DNA from: an uncultured delta proteobacterium
GTDB lineage: Bacteria; Desulfobacterota; WTBG01; CAIYCZ01; CAIRTM01
Assembly: GCA_963804955.1 (NCBI GenBank)
Contig: CAWDSQ010000001.1
Span: forward strand, 32,001 to 96,000
DNA: 64,000 bases
Direction of reading: 5' to 3'
Shown here: positions 43,979 through 54,841 of the stretch, one piece after another
Layout of the letters: each line of letters starts with the position of its first letter
Position numbering within the stretch: position 1 is the first letter of the stretch
Program-made: the position numbers and the translations under genes
Notes under the pieces: generated by a model
The model's input: the letters and a program-made list of their open reading frames with translations, nothing else
What the model was told of the DNA's origin: nothing
The model's database searches: none

Positions 43979-44380
43979 GTAAGCGGCGGACATACTTCGT
44001 GAATCCACATCACGATCTGTCATGCCGCGCAAAAAAGTAAAAATTTTTTAACGCCAAAACAGGCACTTGAATTTTTTGTAGACAAGCACTGGCGCAAAAT
44101 GTAGTTATCAAGAGAACAAAGAGGAACAGCGCTTTAATCTTAAAGTTCCCTAGCATATACCACCATTTTACCCGGCACCGTTTGTTATGGTTTCCAGATT
44201 GAGGTTAAGGAAATCAGGTTTTTTAAAAAGGAACTGGTCTCATAAACTTGATTAGTGATTGAAAGCTTAGAGGGAAGACAAAAGTCGGAAGGGGGAACTT
44301 CACGGCATACTCTCCTCAGGTCGTAGGGCAATTGTTGCTTTAAGGATAACAAAACTTGCTGGGATTGGAGCAGTTTAGGC

Positions 44381-46281
44381 ATGCAAATTTTTTTTACAGC
44401 CTTTTTTTTCTGTTTTTATTCTCGGCCTGCTGGCTCCTGGCCCACCGCATGTGGCGCCGAAATTTTTTGTTGTGTGGCCCCTTGGCGATGGGAATCCTTG
44501 TTGGCCTCCAATCCGTTTTGCTTAACCTTCTCTCTCCGTTCTGTGCCGTGTCCCAACTCTCGCTGTTGGGCGGCAACATGCTTTTCATCATGGCCGTCAT
44601 TTTTGCCGAGATCCGTCGCGTAGGAGCAAAAGGCGTGTTGCAGAAATACGGCGACCTTCTTAAATGCCAGGTGGATCTGTGGACCGGCCGGTCCAACCCA
44701 TTAGCCTTGTTCGTTGCACCGCTTTTGATCATACTGCTTTGCACGGCCTTAGTGTATCCGCCCAACAACTTTGATAGTATGACCTATCACATGGCCCGCG
44801 TCGTCTACTGGATCCAAAATGGTTCCGTGGCCTATTACCCAACACCGTATGACCCGCAGAATCTAATGAGTCCCGGCGCGGAGTACGTTATCCTGCTTTT
44901 GCAATTGCTTTCCGATACTGACGTCTTCGCCAATTTGGTTCAGTTTTTATCGTTTTATTTACTCATTTCGGCCATGCCATCCTTTTTGCGTCTCCTTGGA
45001 ATACGCAGACGCATCGCCAACTGGGGCCTCATTCTTGCCGCTACTCTGCCCATGGGCGTTTTACAAGCGACCAGCACTCAAACGGATCTAGTTGCAGCCT
45101 GTTTGGGCCTGGCCCTGTGTGCCGGGGCTCTGCGGCTATGGCATAAAACTTTGCGTGAGAAAAGGTCGAAGCTCGATATCATGGCTCTGGCGCTCATGCT
45201 GGCAACGGGCTTTCTTGTTAAGCCGACATCGATCGTGGCGGCATTTCCCTTTCTGATAATGGCAGCCATGTGTTACGGAATGAACTTGATCCGCCGGCCG
45301 AAATTGTGGGGCAGGCAGGTCATAAATCTGCTGTTGGGAGTGCTTGTGGTCTCGGCCATCGCCGGACCTGATCTGTATCGGAAAAAAGAGGCCTCTGGTT
45401 CGTTTACGGGGTCTCGTGGGGAGGCGTTTCCGTTGATTGGAGAATGGAAACAGAAAGTTTTGAACCCGGTGGAATGTATTACATTCCATGTTATCCCCAC
45501 GGAATGGTTTTATAAAAATATCGTAAAGCCGTTCGGCGGTTTCTTGAAATGCCCGACTTTTCCTCAACCTGCGCATATGTTTCGTCTTCATGAAGATTTT
45601 GTTGGCAATTGTTTCCACATGATTTTTGCGGGGGTTGCAATTCTGCTGTTTTTATTCCGTTTTCCGTGGATTCCGCGTCCGGCAAGATGGAGTGTTTGTT
45701 TTGTGTGCGTCTCCTGGATTTTTCTGCACGTCACGGTTCGTTACCAGCCGTTTATTCCCCGCCTGGAAACGCCGGTTTTTATGCTGTTCCCCTGCTTTTT
45801 AGCCGCTTGGGCCCCAATCCCAAAAGTTCGACTGGTTCGTTTCTTTTTTGCGGCTATTTTAATCGTCAGCACCATGGCCTGTCTTTCTTACGGGATTATA
45901 GCGGCAGTCCGCAACGAAACTCGTCCTTTGAAATTGACCGACTTTTGGCTGCTTGACCGAGATTCTTCTTATTATGCGAACCTGACAGCTTGGAAGCCGA
46001 AGCATGATGCGGTCATTGAAGCGGTGCAACAAATGAAGGTTAAAAAGGTTGGCTTGCTAATCGGCCCGGATTATGATTATCCTTTAACCTGGCGCCTATA
46101 TCGCATAAGCGTTGAGGTGCGGCACGTAGCCGGATATTGGGATCTGGAGTGGGCAGATATAGTGTTTGCCCCTAAAAGCAGGCCGCCGGCGACAAAAGAG
46201 TGGCCAGTGTATAGGGGAAATTATTCAATACTGATTAACCCGCAATTCGAGAAAAAAGCATTGAAGGAAAATGCACCATAA
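44381..46281 (+). CDS. GT-C-fold (ArnT/PMT-like) membrane glycosyltransferase; start approximate
   Basis: PPNNFDSMTYHMARV..W, QATSTQTDL, KPTS; many TM helices. Confidence 0.75.
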
Positions 46282-46911
46282 AATCCAATAACGTCCGGCT
46301 GCGGCGGATGTGGTCAAAAAGCCTGCACGCAGAAGTTGTTTCTGAAAATGACGGTATGAGAATAAAATAGGGGGACAAACAGTCCCAACGCCTTCGGCAA
46401 CGGCAAAGAGATTGCAGAGCAGAAACCTTTCGTATCAGAACCGAAGACTGACATCTACTTCGTCAATGCTGCCATTTCTGTGAACTGGGGGGGAACCAGA
46501 ACAGCAATAGGTTGCTGCAGCAGGTCAAGGCCACTCTCTGACGCCAAAACAGCCGCTTAAATTTCTTCAATATTCGTTAGGCTCAAACAGCCCCCGATTT
46601 TCATGGGTTCTTCCGGGAACACGCTGCGGGGTCAGGGAATGTCTGCCGGGGCAAAAAAAACAGTTTGGAGTCAAAAATAAAATTGCTAATTGAGTTTTTT
46701 CAGGATATTAATTAAATAGTTGAATTGTTTCAGTTTCTAACCAAAAGCCATCAGGCAAGAACTGTTTATGAACGTGCATAAGCTTGTTCACAACGGCCTG
46801 CTGTTTTTTATTTATTTGTAATCGGTTAATCGAAGGCAGGACCTTCAATTAACCGTTGGGATAAGCACACACCAAACCATAATGTAATGCCACACACACC
46901 GGGAGGTACGT

Positions 46912-48661
46912 ATGAGAGAGAGACAAATGCTTTCGTCTGCTTATGACCGCAGTCATTTTTACTTGGTGCCTCAGCGGTTTGCTGATTACTACGCAGGCCC
47001 GGGCCACAACCGACCCATGGCTTTCATGGAGGCATGATCTGCAAAATACCGCAGCAGTGCCTGACCGGGGCTATCCGATCAGCGCAAAACTGCTGTGGGA
47101 CCGCCCCCGTGGCAATGAGGCCGCCACAACTATGCGCGCGCGCTGTTCGACACCCGTAGTTGTGGGCAACGATATCGTATTTACAACAGGCAACGGAGGA
47201 GTTGTTGAAGCCCTCGATCAAAAAACCGGGGCGTTAATCTGGACAAAAACATATACCTGGATCCCCACACCACCCGAACCAGAGGATGCGAAGCCGGACT
47301 GGTGCCAGGGTTCTACCCCCAATCTCGAGACCAACCTGGGCGTCTGCGCCAACATAAGCGGGGACTGCCCGGACTGGTGCTATGAGTGCAAGTCAACACC
47401 AAACGATTGCACAGCCACATCCTTAGTAAACCCGCTGCAGTTTCCTCCTACTGCCGGGGTTTTTGTTGCAGGCGCCACCATTGATGCCGAAGGTGACCGT
47501 GTTTATTATGGAACCATGGATGGCAGGTTTATTGCTACGAAGCTATCTACTGGAGATCAGGTATGGGAAAAGCAGCCCTGGAAAGAGCCGGGCGGGCCAA
47601 ACGAAGGCAGGAAATGGTATGATCAGAAATTTGCCTGGCATCTGTCTCCGCCGTCCGTATCCGATGGCAAGCTGTTCTTCGGGTCTTTTCTGCCGAGCTT
47701 TTACTGGGTGTTCAAGGCATTCCCGTTTATCCTCGATGCCAACGGCCACAGCATTCCCGGCTGGCCGTCATTTGAAAAAGACTACAAGATGTACTGGGTA
47801 GGCCGCGACGGCTTTACCTACGCTGCCGACAAAAACACCGGCGATATTCTGTGGACCTGGGACCCCGGCGGATGCGGTGTAACCAACATTCCCCCGGTTG
47901 CTGACGGCAAAGTATTTTTCAATGCTGATACCGTTATTGACTATCACTATGGCCAGATGGCGGCCTGTGATGTGAACACCGGCGAAAAGCTCTGGCATGT
48001 GGGCCCGATCCCCCTGGCGCAGGGCGGCAACCCGTCCATTTCAGTGCCGCATAATACTATCTTTTATCCTGAAGGAGATGGCGCAATATGGGCTGTAGAC
48101 CTGACCACGGGCCAGGTCAAATGGACCTATCACGGCGGGTTCAGCGTCAAGGGCGCCACCGGCTGCGCCTCCTCTCTGGCAATTGATGAGCGCCGCGGCT
48201 GGGTGCTCGGGGCTTCCGATACGGGGCACATATTCGTGCTGTGTATGAAGACCGGCCGGTTGATCAGAGAAACGTATATGGGCTTGCCGAACTGGAAGCC
48301 CAAAGACGGGCAGCCAAGAGACGGCTACTGGTTCCCCGGCGCCAGCGCCATGGCGATAGTTCCAGCCCAGGGGCTGCTCTACATAAGCGGCACCGACTTT
48401 GCTCAGGCATGGCAGGAGAGCGGCACCAAAGGCAGGGAAAAGCTTTTCTGCTTCAACTATGCTGCATGGGCTAACACCATAAAGCAGGTCTGGGATTATC
48501 AGTTTATAGCCGACGATGGCAGCGAGCTTATCGTCAAGGGGCATTCTCCGTACCAGGTATCTTTCTACACCCTGGGCTCGGTTGCCCTGGCAGACGGCCA
48601 TGTCTACTACGGTTCCTATAACGGACACGTCTACTGCTTTGGCAACGGTTTCAGGAACTAA
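46912..48661 (+). CDS. Secreted PQQ-like/BamB-like beta-propeller protein with Cys-rich insert
   Basis: RBS GGAGG before ATG 46912 (indel before 46943); signal peptide; repeated ALDQKTGALIW, DVNTGEKLW, DLTTGQVKW motifs. Confidence 0.8.
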
Positions 48662-48735
48662 GCAGCAGCGAATGCTTCGCAGACTGCGCGATGGGGCTGC
48701 GTCGAGGGTCTGATAGTTAACCAGAGGTTTTATAG

Positions 48736-48787
48736 AAAAGTCGGCTTTCAGGTCAATACGTCACCCGGCAGGGAAGCCGACTTTTTT
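48736..48787 (+). terminator. Intrinsic terminator-like hairpin
   Basis: AAAAGTCGGCTTTC...GAAGCCGACTTTTTT. Confidence 0.6.
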
Positions 48788-48806
48788 ACTTGAACGGACC
48801 ATTACC

Positions 48807-49598
48807 ATGCACAGAGTTTTTTATTGCACCTGCGTTCTTGCCCTGCTGATAAACGGGTGCAAACTCCTTCCGGCGACTGAAGGCAGAAAAGATTTCAATG
48901 AAGCAGTAATCCTTTACAAAAAAGGTGACTGCGAAAATGCTTCCTTGAAATTTACCGAAGCCCTGCAGAAGGATGCTGATCTCCGGGAGTGCTATGTGTA
49001 TCTGGCAGAGTGCAGCCTGAAACAGGGGAACCCGGAAGCTGCTTTAAAATCAGCTGAGCAGGCCATGGCCGGCGGGGCAAAGGATGCCGACGTCAGCAGC
49101 AGGCTGAAAACTGTTTTGACTGCCGGCGGCCAGAGCGCCATTGACAAGAAGCAGAGTGACCTTGCGGTCCGGTTTTTCCAGGACGCAGTAACCCTTGATC
49201 AAAACGACTGTCGACTGCACCTCTGGCTGGGCAAAGCGCTGCTGGAGCGGGGCAATAAAGAGGACATGAAGGCGGCCATCATAGAATTTAAAACTGCCGT
49301 AAGCGCATCGGCCAGTCCCGCGCAGACTACGGCGCTGATACGCAGCGCCCTGTTCGCGCGAGCTGAACAGTATGCCGCTCAGGGCGATACGTATACGCAA
49401 TCCCGGTGCTACCTTGCCTATACGGAAAACTTCAACAAGGATGATGTCGAGGCCTGCGTAAATCTCGGAAAACTGTTTTACCAGACGGACAACCCGATAG
49501 GGGCTCTGCACTATGCGAAAAAGGCCTATGCCCTGGACCCTGAAAATAAAGCGGCCATGGAGCTCATATATGAGTTGAACACCCCCATGCAGCATTAA
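48807..49598 (+). CDS. TPR-repeat lipoprotein
   Basis: Lipobox LINGC; TPR-like helices (YVYLAE..LKQG, LWLGKALL, NLGKLFYQ...ALDPEN). Confidence 0.8.
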   Translation: MHRVFYCTCVLALLINGCKLLPATEGRKDFNEAVILYKKGDCENASLKFTEALQKDADLRECYVYLAECSLKQGNPEAALKSAEQAMAGGAKDADVSSRLKTVLTAGGQSAIDKKQSDLAVRFFQDAVTLDQNDCRLHLWLGKALLERGNKEDMKAAIIEFKTAVSASASPAQTTALIRSALFARAEQYAAQGDTYTQSRCYLAYTENFNKDDVEACVNLGKLFYQTDNPIGALHYAKKAYALDPENKAAMELIYELNTPMQH

Positions 49599-49734
49599 GG
49601 GGTATTGCTGTTGCGCAGATGACGCGTGACCTTGATCCCTCTTTAGTTTTTTTGTTGGTGGAATCAGCAAGTGCTTACATCCCGGAAGCGGGGACGCAAC
49701 AATAAAACAATGCTGTAATGAAAGGGAAAATACC

Positions 49735-50461
49735 ATGAAAAAAAAATCGGCACTAACGGCGATAGCGCTCTGTACGCTTTTGTTTATTCCCTGCCTGGCA
49801 TCGGCAGCCCCCAACTGTCCGCTCTGGCTTGGAACATGGGAGGTGAAATACGCCGACAACAGCACGCGAATCTGGAAAATTTATGAAGCAGATAATGATA
49901 CGGGGAGCTCCTATGTCCTGTGCGAGGCCTTAGGCTACAGTGAAACACCAGCCGGAACCGATCAAGTTCTTTTTAAGATTATTTATATGACTTTTACCAA
50001 CACGTATTCCTATACCGAGGCAACAGAGTTTAGTTCAAGCATGCCAAGCAGGGAAATGGATGTGAACGGCGCAGGTGATAATTTTACATCGCAAGCGGGT
50101 GGACAATATCCTGTGGAAAGCGGAATAAAGACCAGCTCCGTGGTTCCTCCCCCTCCAATTATCACGACAACGACAACACAACACCACACCAGTGACCTGC
50201 GCACTGGAAATTTTTCCAGAATCAATTCACAGCAGGCGCCTGGGACGTTTGGGTATGTTTATCGTGAGTGAAGGGGAAGATGCGGAATTTGAAAGAGGTA
50301 ATCGGGTTGATTGGGGAACCGACGATATCAATACAATTTTGCAATTCAGACTCCCGCGGCGCATCTTCTCGCTTGCATGGATACAAGCAAATGCTGCAAT
50401 TGGAGAGTATCAAGTTACGGTTGGCGATGATAACTGCACGGGTACGCTTGAGATAAAATAA
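49735..50461 (+). CDS. Secreted protein with Pro/Thr linker and small C-terminal beta domain (frameshift near 50182)
   Basis: Signal peptide MKKKS...ASA; PPPPIITTTTT linker; continuation CALEIFP...GEYQVTVG..CTGTLEIK. Confidence 0.6.
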
Positions 50462-50687
50462 GCAACCTCGGTACGGAGGCTTTAAAAGGAACGCAAAAAG
50501 AGCGTTCGGGCCCCCTGCTTTTTTCCATTTTTGCAATGTACTATTACCCCAACGCCGGCAGCCTCAATGCAGCCCTTGATAGGAGACCGACGCTGGGGGC
50601 AGTGACTCGCAGGGTGCGTGAAGGGATTGCGCCGATGGGAGGAAAGAAGGAAGAGTAAGTCTGAAGAAACATCTTTTAAAACAAGAA

Positions 50688-50727
50688 GAGCCTGACTGCT
50701 CGATATGGCGGCCAGGCTTTTTTATTG
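50688..50727 (+). terminator. Intrinsic terminator
   Basis: AGCCTGACTGC-loop-GCGGCCAGGCT followed by T-run. Confidence 0.55.
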
Positions 50728-50999
50728 TCTTCAGAAAAACATCGCCTGTGGGGATGGTTCCTGATGAAGGCAAAACAAACACTGCGTGTTTTTGCTTACG
50801 CCCTTTGAGGGCGAAATCAGGCCGCCCGCTATGCGGTTGGTTGTTGACTTAAAGACACCAGCACGTGACGTACCTGTGAAATGTCACCACTGGTGATGAC
50901 ACTGATTGCATTTCCCGGGAGGCCATTAAAAATTTCGTACACAGAGTATGCGCTTTGTTTACCTGCGTATGGTACAAGCAAAAAGGAACATGCTCTGGT

Positions 51000-51830
51000 T
51001 CAAATTGGCTTGAGCAGAAGAGCCAGAGCCGGCCCGTTCGGGTGCAATGGCTCATCGAAAGCCACGTCCTCAATCCAGTATCCTGCAGATTCCGCCGCCG
51101 CTATCAAATCCTCGCGTGACAGCCACTCCGAGTAGGGAGCGTTGCCGCCCCAGAATCCTGCAGAGAGAATCGACCGTTTGTACTCGTGGCGATGCAAGAC
51201 GATTGTTTTGCCCGAGGGAAGAGAGATTTGCCGGGTTGAAGAAAAATTCCTGTGCAATTCGAGATGATCAATGCGAATCCGATCCGACCAGATCATTGTC
51301 CAGACCATCACGGGTCCGCGGCAGGCCCTTCGCAACAGCGGAAATAATTGATGTGGATCGCGAAGGTGGTACAGGACCCCACAGGCAAGACTGAAGTCGA
51401 AAACTTCCTGCGTCTCCTCCAGATAACGGACGAAGTCACCCAGCAGAAAATGTACCTTTGACAGGCCAAGGGTTTCCTTGACCGCGAGGCACTTGAGCCA
51501 GGCGCGCCCATTGGACTCAACCGCAACAACCTGTCTGGCGCCGGCCTGCTCCAGCATGCAGGAATGCCCGCCCTCCAGGGGCCCCAACTCCAGAACCCTG
51601 GCGTTTCGCACACCGGAGATGCTTTTCAGGAACCAGTGGATGCGGTCATCATCAAACAGGCTGCTTGCACCGGACTTAACGCCGGGAATGGGGAGTTCGG
51701 ATGCCCATCCGCCTTCGAAAAGACTGACCATATGCCTGGGTGAGGGGGCACTCGTCACGAAATGATCGGGAACCGCAGTGCCTGACACTCTCTGGACAAT
51801 ACGCTTGCCGAGGTTGCTCACGAGACGCAT
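51000..51830 (-). CDS. Class I SAM-dependent methyltransferase
   Basis: VLELGPLEGG, VAVES, LGDF, CGVLYHLRDP. Confidence 0.82.
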   Translation of the reverse strand: MRLVSNLGKRIVQRVSGTAVPDHFVTSAPSPRHMVSLFEGGWASELPIPGVKSGASSLFDDDRIHWFLKSISGVRNARVLELGPLEGGHSCMLEQAGARQVVAVESNGRAWLKCLAVKETLGLSKVHFLLGDFVRYLEETQEVFDFSLACGVLYHLRDPHQLFPLLRRACRGPVMVWTMIWSDRIRIDHLELHRNFSSTRQISLPSGKTIVLHRHEYKRSILSAGFWGGNAPYSEWLSREDLIAAAESAGYWIEDVAFDEPLHPNGPALALLLKPI

Positions 51831-51922
51831 ACAAGCTCCTTGTTGTATAACGGAGAAAAGCGGGGCATACGCCCGGTATTTGTTTTGCTGACAGCACCGT
51901 AGTGAAAGTGAAGCGGCATCGC

Positions 51923-52789
51923 CTAGCGTATACTATGCTTCATCAGGGCAGACATATATCCCCGCAGGGCGTTCCAGTTTTTGAACCGGATTGTGCGCAC
52001 GCATGCCCGCAGAAAAAGCACCGGCTGCTTTATACAGAGCGCAGCCAGTTGTGCGGGTGCATACCCGAACAGTTTTCGCGCAAGCAGCAGATGCCCCCGG
52101 TTGACCTGCATTTCGTAAAACAAAGAATTCTGTACCGATGCAGCCCCCGTCTTATGATAGATAAGCGCTTCGGGTACTGTGCCGATACGAAAACCGCCCT
52201 GTGCCGCACGATGGCAGAACTCCACATCCTCGCCGTACATGAAAAAAGCTTGATCAAAAAGCCCGATACTTTCAAAAACGCGCCGACGGACCAACAGGCA
52301 GCAGCCGGGCAGATAAAAAATACTGCCCGGGATTCTTCCGGCGCCGAGTATTCCTGTCCAGGCATTATAATAATTGCCCTGGGACCAAAGTATGTGCTGC
52401 TCCGGATAGCGGTAGATAACCGGAGAGGCGAGGTCAAGGGCTCTGTCTTCAGCGCCTTTGATAAGGTTCTGCATGAGATCGGGCGGCAGCACCGTGTCAT
52501 TGTTCAGAATAACGAAGCCATCAAAGCCAAGGGGCAGCATGCTGCGCAGCGCAAAATTTACCCCTCCGGCAAAACCAAGATTTTCCCCGGTTTGCACAAT
52601 CTCAACTTGTACCTGCCCGCCCAGGGCATCCTGCAGATTTTTCAGCTCTGCAGGATCGCCGGAGTTCTCAACGACGCATATCCGGTCAAGGGGCTGGCCA
52701 AGAAGGCTTTTCACGCAGGGGACAGTGTCTTTGCAGCCGAAATAATTCAGGACAATGGCACACAGCTTCACAGTCTTTGAACTTTGCAT
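51923..52789 (-). CDS. GT2 glycosyltransferase (rhamnosyltransferase-like)
   Basis: IVLNY, ENLGFAGGVN, LNNDT, GCCLL, FFMYGEDVEFC. Confidence 0.88.
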   Translation of the reverse strand: MQSSKTVKLCAIVLNYFGCKDTVPCVKSLLGQPLDRICVVENSGDPAELKNLQDALGGQVQVEIVQTGENLGFAGGVNFALRSMLPLGFDGFVILNNDTVLPPDLMQNLIKGAEDRALDLASPVIYRYPEQHILWSQGNYYNAWTGILGAGRIPGSIFYLPGCCLLVRRRVFESIGLFDQAFFMYGEDVEFCHRAAQGGFRIGTVPEALIYHKTGAASVQNSLFYEMQVNRGHLLLARKLFGYAPAQLAALCIKQPVLFLRACVRTIRFKNWNALRGYMSALMKHSIR

Positions 52790-52794
52790 AGGTA

Positions 52795-53814
52795 TTATTC
52801 TGCTTCCTGAAGAATGCCATGCTCCCTGATGGCCTGCCAGATATTTTCAACGGTTATGCTTTTTATGCATTTTGCCCGGTAGAAAGGAATGGCGCAGGTA
52901 TAGCTGTTGCAGGCACGGCTGCAGGCTGCAGAAGTAATGTTTTTTACCCATGGATACGGAGGCTGCCAGTAGCGGGCTGATGAACCTGTAATGCAGACTG
53001 TTTTTTTGCCCAGAAACGTGGCCAGATGCAAAATGCCTGAATTATGGCAGATGACGCCGCTGCTGGCGCTGATGAGACGGGCCGTATCCCGCACGGGCCA
53101 GGAGATGCATTGTCGTATCCGCGCCTGTGCGGCAGCGGGCAGGCCGGCCGCAATCTGAGCAATGATCGGCTCCTCTGAGGCCACGCCGACGAAACAGACG
53201 CCGCAGGGCGTTTCATCAATAATTCTGTTTGTAAGAAGCGCCCAGTTTTCAGCCGGCCACCTGGTCGTTTCCCAGCGCTGCTTGGCCCCGGCATGCATCA
53301 CAATGAAAGGCTGTTTATCGGGAAACGGATGCACCGCGCTGTCTGCGGGCCAGGGGAGAAAGGATATAAAATCCGTTGCCGCAGTCTGACTGAGCAGCCC
53401 AAGTGCGGCACAGTCGCATAAAACCTGTTCCAGCATAAAGGGGTGAGCCTGCCCGTGCCGCCTGCTCCAGATTTTTTCGGGCTGCAGCAGCCGGGCCAGC
53501 AGTCGTGTCTTTACGTTCGGATACGGCCCAAGATACAGCAGGTCGAAAAAATGCCGCCACTTTTTTATTACGGGCAGCAGGTCGCAGATTTTTCGCGGAA
53601 GCGGCACCACCGTGGTGGGAGCGCAGAATTCCTGAAACAGCCCGGTTGCATGCGATGCCGTCGTGCAGAGATACGTTTCAAGATGTGCATCTGCATGGGC
53701 AGCGGCTAAAAGAGGTCTGATCATCAGCAGATCCCCAAGCCCCCCGCCCCACAGTATGCCGATTTTTTTTGTTTGATCTGCCATGGTGCCTTGCAAGCGT
53801 ACGAACAGTTTCAC
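52795..53814 (-). CDS. GT9 heptosyltransferase-like protein
   Basis: GGLGDLLM, MHAGA....RWP, CHNSGILHLA, C..C...C. Confidence 0.85.
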   Translation of the reverse strand: MKLFVRLQGTMADQTKKIGILWGGGLGDLLMIRPLLAAAHADAHLETYLCTTASHATGLFQEFCAPTTVVPLPRKICDLLPVIKKWRHFFDLLYLGPYPNVKTRLLARLLQPEKIWSRRHGQAHPFMLEQVLCDCAALGLLSQTAATDFISFLPWPADSAVHPFPDKQPFIVMHAGAKQRWETTRWPAENWALLTNRIIDETPCGVCFVGVASEEPIIAQIAAGLPAAAQARIRQCISWPVRDTARLISASSGVICHNSGILHLATFLGKKTVCITGSSARYWQPPYPWVKNITSAACSRACNSYTCAIPFYRAKCIKSITVENIWQAIREHGILQEAE

Positions 53815-54587
53815 GACGGGTTTTTATACATCAAAAAACAAATATGGCCTGCAAACTGAATTTTGAGAAAATTGCACGTTTTGCTGTCCAGGCTGCATAG
53901 GCATCCGAGCGCTCGTACCGCAGCGCTCACGGGTGATATTCGTCGCAAAAATCTGCTGATCCGGGGGCTGCCGCCGACCATCTGGCGGAGAATGACGCTC
54001 CAGCAGTCGGGGCCCGGCCTGAGCTCTGCAACATGAAACCCCGCATCGCGTACCACAGTTAGCAGCCCGTAGGGAGTATAGTTAAAAAGACTCAGCGAGT
54101 GATAGGGCTCAAGGTAGGAAACCGAGCCCGCCAGCGCGCCGCCGGGCTTAAGCACGCGAAACACTTCGGCCAGCAGGGCCTCGGGCCTGCGCACATGCTC
54201 AAGAACCTGGTTTGAATAGACCAGGTCAAAAGAGCCGTCATCCCAGGGCAGGTTGACGCCATCAAAAAAAGTAATGGCGCTGCTGTGAGCACCTGCCGCC
54301 CGCAACTCGGGCGATTCTTCAACTTCTGCACCGTGCCAGCTGCACTGCGCATTGATGCTGCAAAAAAAATCACGGGAATGGCCTGCTCCGCAGCCAAGAT
54401 CAAGCACGCGCACGGGGCTTTGCCGGCTTTCAAGCAGGCTTCGTGCATAGTCCGCAGCGGTCCAGGTTCTGTGGTGGTCCGCGGGAATAAACGGCTCGAA
54501 AAGCTGAAAAATTTTGTTTTGCTGAATCCGGTTTTGCAGTTTGCTCATAGCTTTTTGACGCGACCCGTGGTTATGTCTGCGGCTCAT
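53811..54587 (-). CDS. Class I SAM-dependent methyltransferase
   Basis: VLDLGCGAG, LPWDDGSFDLV, QVLEHV, RVLKPGG. Confidence 0.87.
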   Translation of the reverse strand: MSRRHNHGSRQKAMSKLQNRIQQNKIFQLFEPFIPADHHRTWTAADYARSLLESRQSPVRVLDLGCGAGHSRDFFCSINAQCSWHGAEVEESPELRAAGAHSSAITFFDGVNLPWDDGSFDLVYSNQVLEHVRRPEALLAEVFRVLKPGGALAGSVSYLEPYHSLSLFNYTPYGLLTVVRDAGFHVAELRPGPDCWSVILRQMVGGSPRISRFLRRISPVSAAVRALGCLCSLDSKTCNFLKIQFAGHICFLMYKNPS

Positions 54588-54672
54588 AAAAGTGTTTGGC
54601 TGCCGGGGGCTTGGCGCTATGCAGGCTTTAGACGGCTGTTAACCAAAAGCCATCGGGCCTTCCGGCAGGGCC

Positions 54673-54701
54673 ATTATCGGGAAAAGCCCGGGGAGTGTCA
54701 A
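54673..54701 (-). promoter_or_regulatory. sigma70 promoter of the MT-GT9-GT2 operon
   Basis: Minus strand TTGACA-17-GATAAT. Confidence 0.65.
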
Positions 54702-54841
54702 GCAAAAGCGGGCCGCAGTAAACGATGCCGGCATGGCCGGCAAAAAAGTACCGCTGACATATCGCAAGCGGGGCCAGGCACAGCATCTGTCTGCAGACGA
54801 AGTTTGTCCGGCGGGAATAAACCGCGCTGACCGGCTGACAG

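Noticed and set aside
46738..46752. 15-mer TAACCAAAAGCCATC shared with ~54640
   Set aside because: A single match of this length is plausible by chance in 64 kb, and its orientation relative to the genes differs.
49670..49705. GGGACGCAA word reminiscent of a c-di-GMP-I riboswitch
   Set aside because: The GGCAAA element, GNRA-capped stem and second hairpin are missing.
51902..52780. Long antisense ORFs (e.g. 51902..52780, 55777..56730, 49050..49865)
   Set aside because: They are shadows of well-supported genes on the opposite strand in GC-rich DNA and carry no recognisable motifs.
54660..54700. GGGAAAAGCCCGGGGAG resembling the 3' end of a guanidine-I riboswitch
   Set aside because: The 5' conserved part is absent, the orientation is wrong for the adjacent gene, and it is the spacer of a minus-strand promoter.
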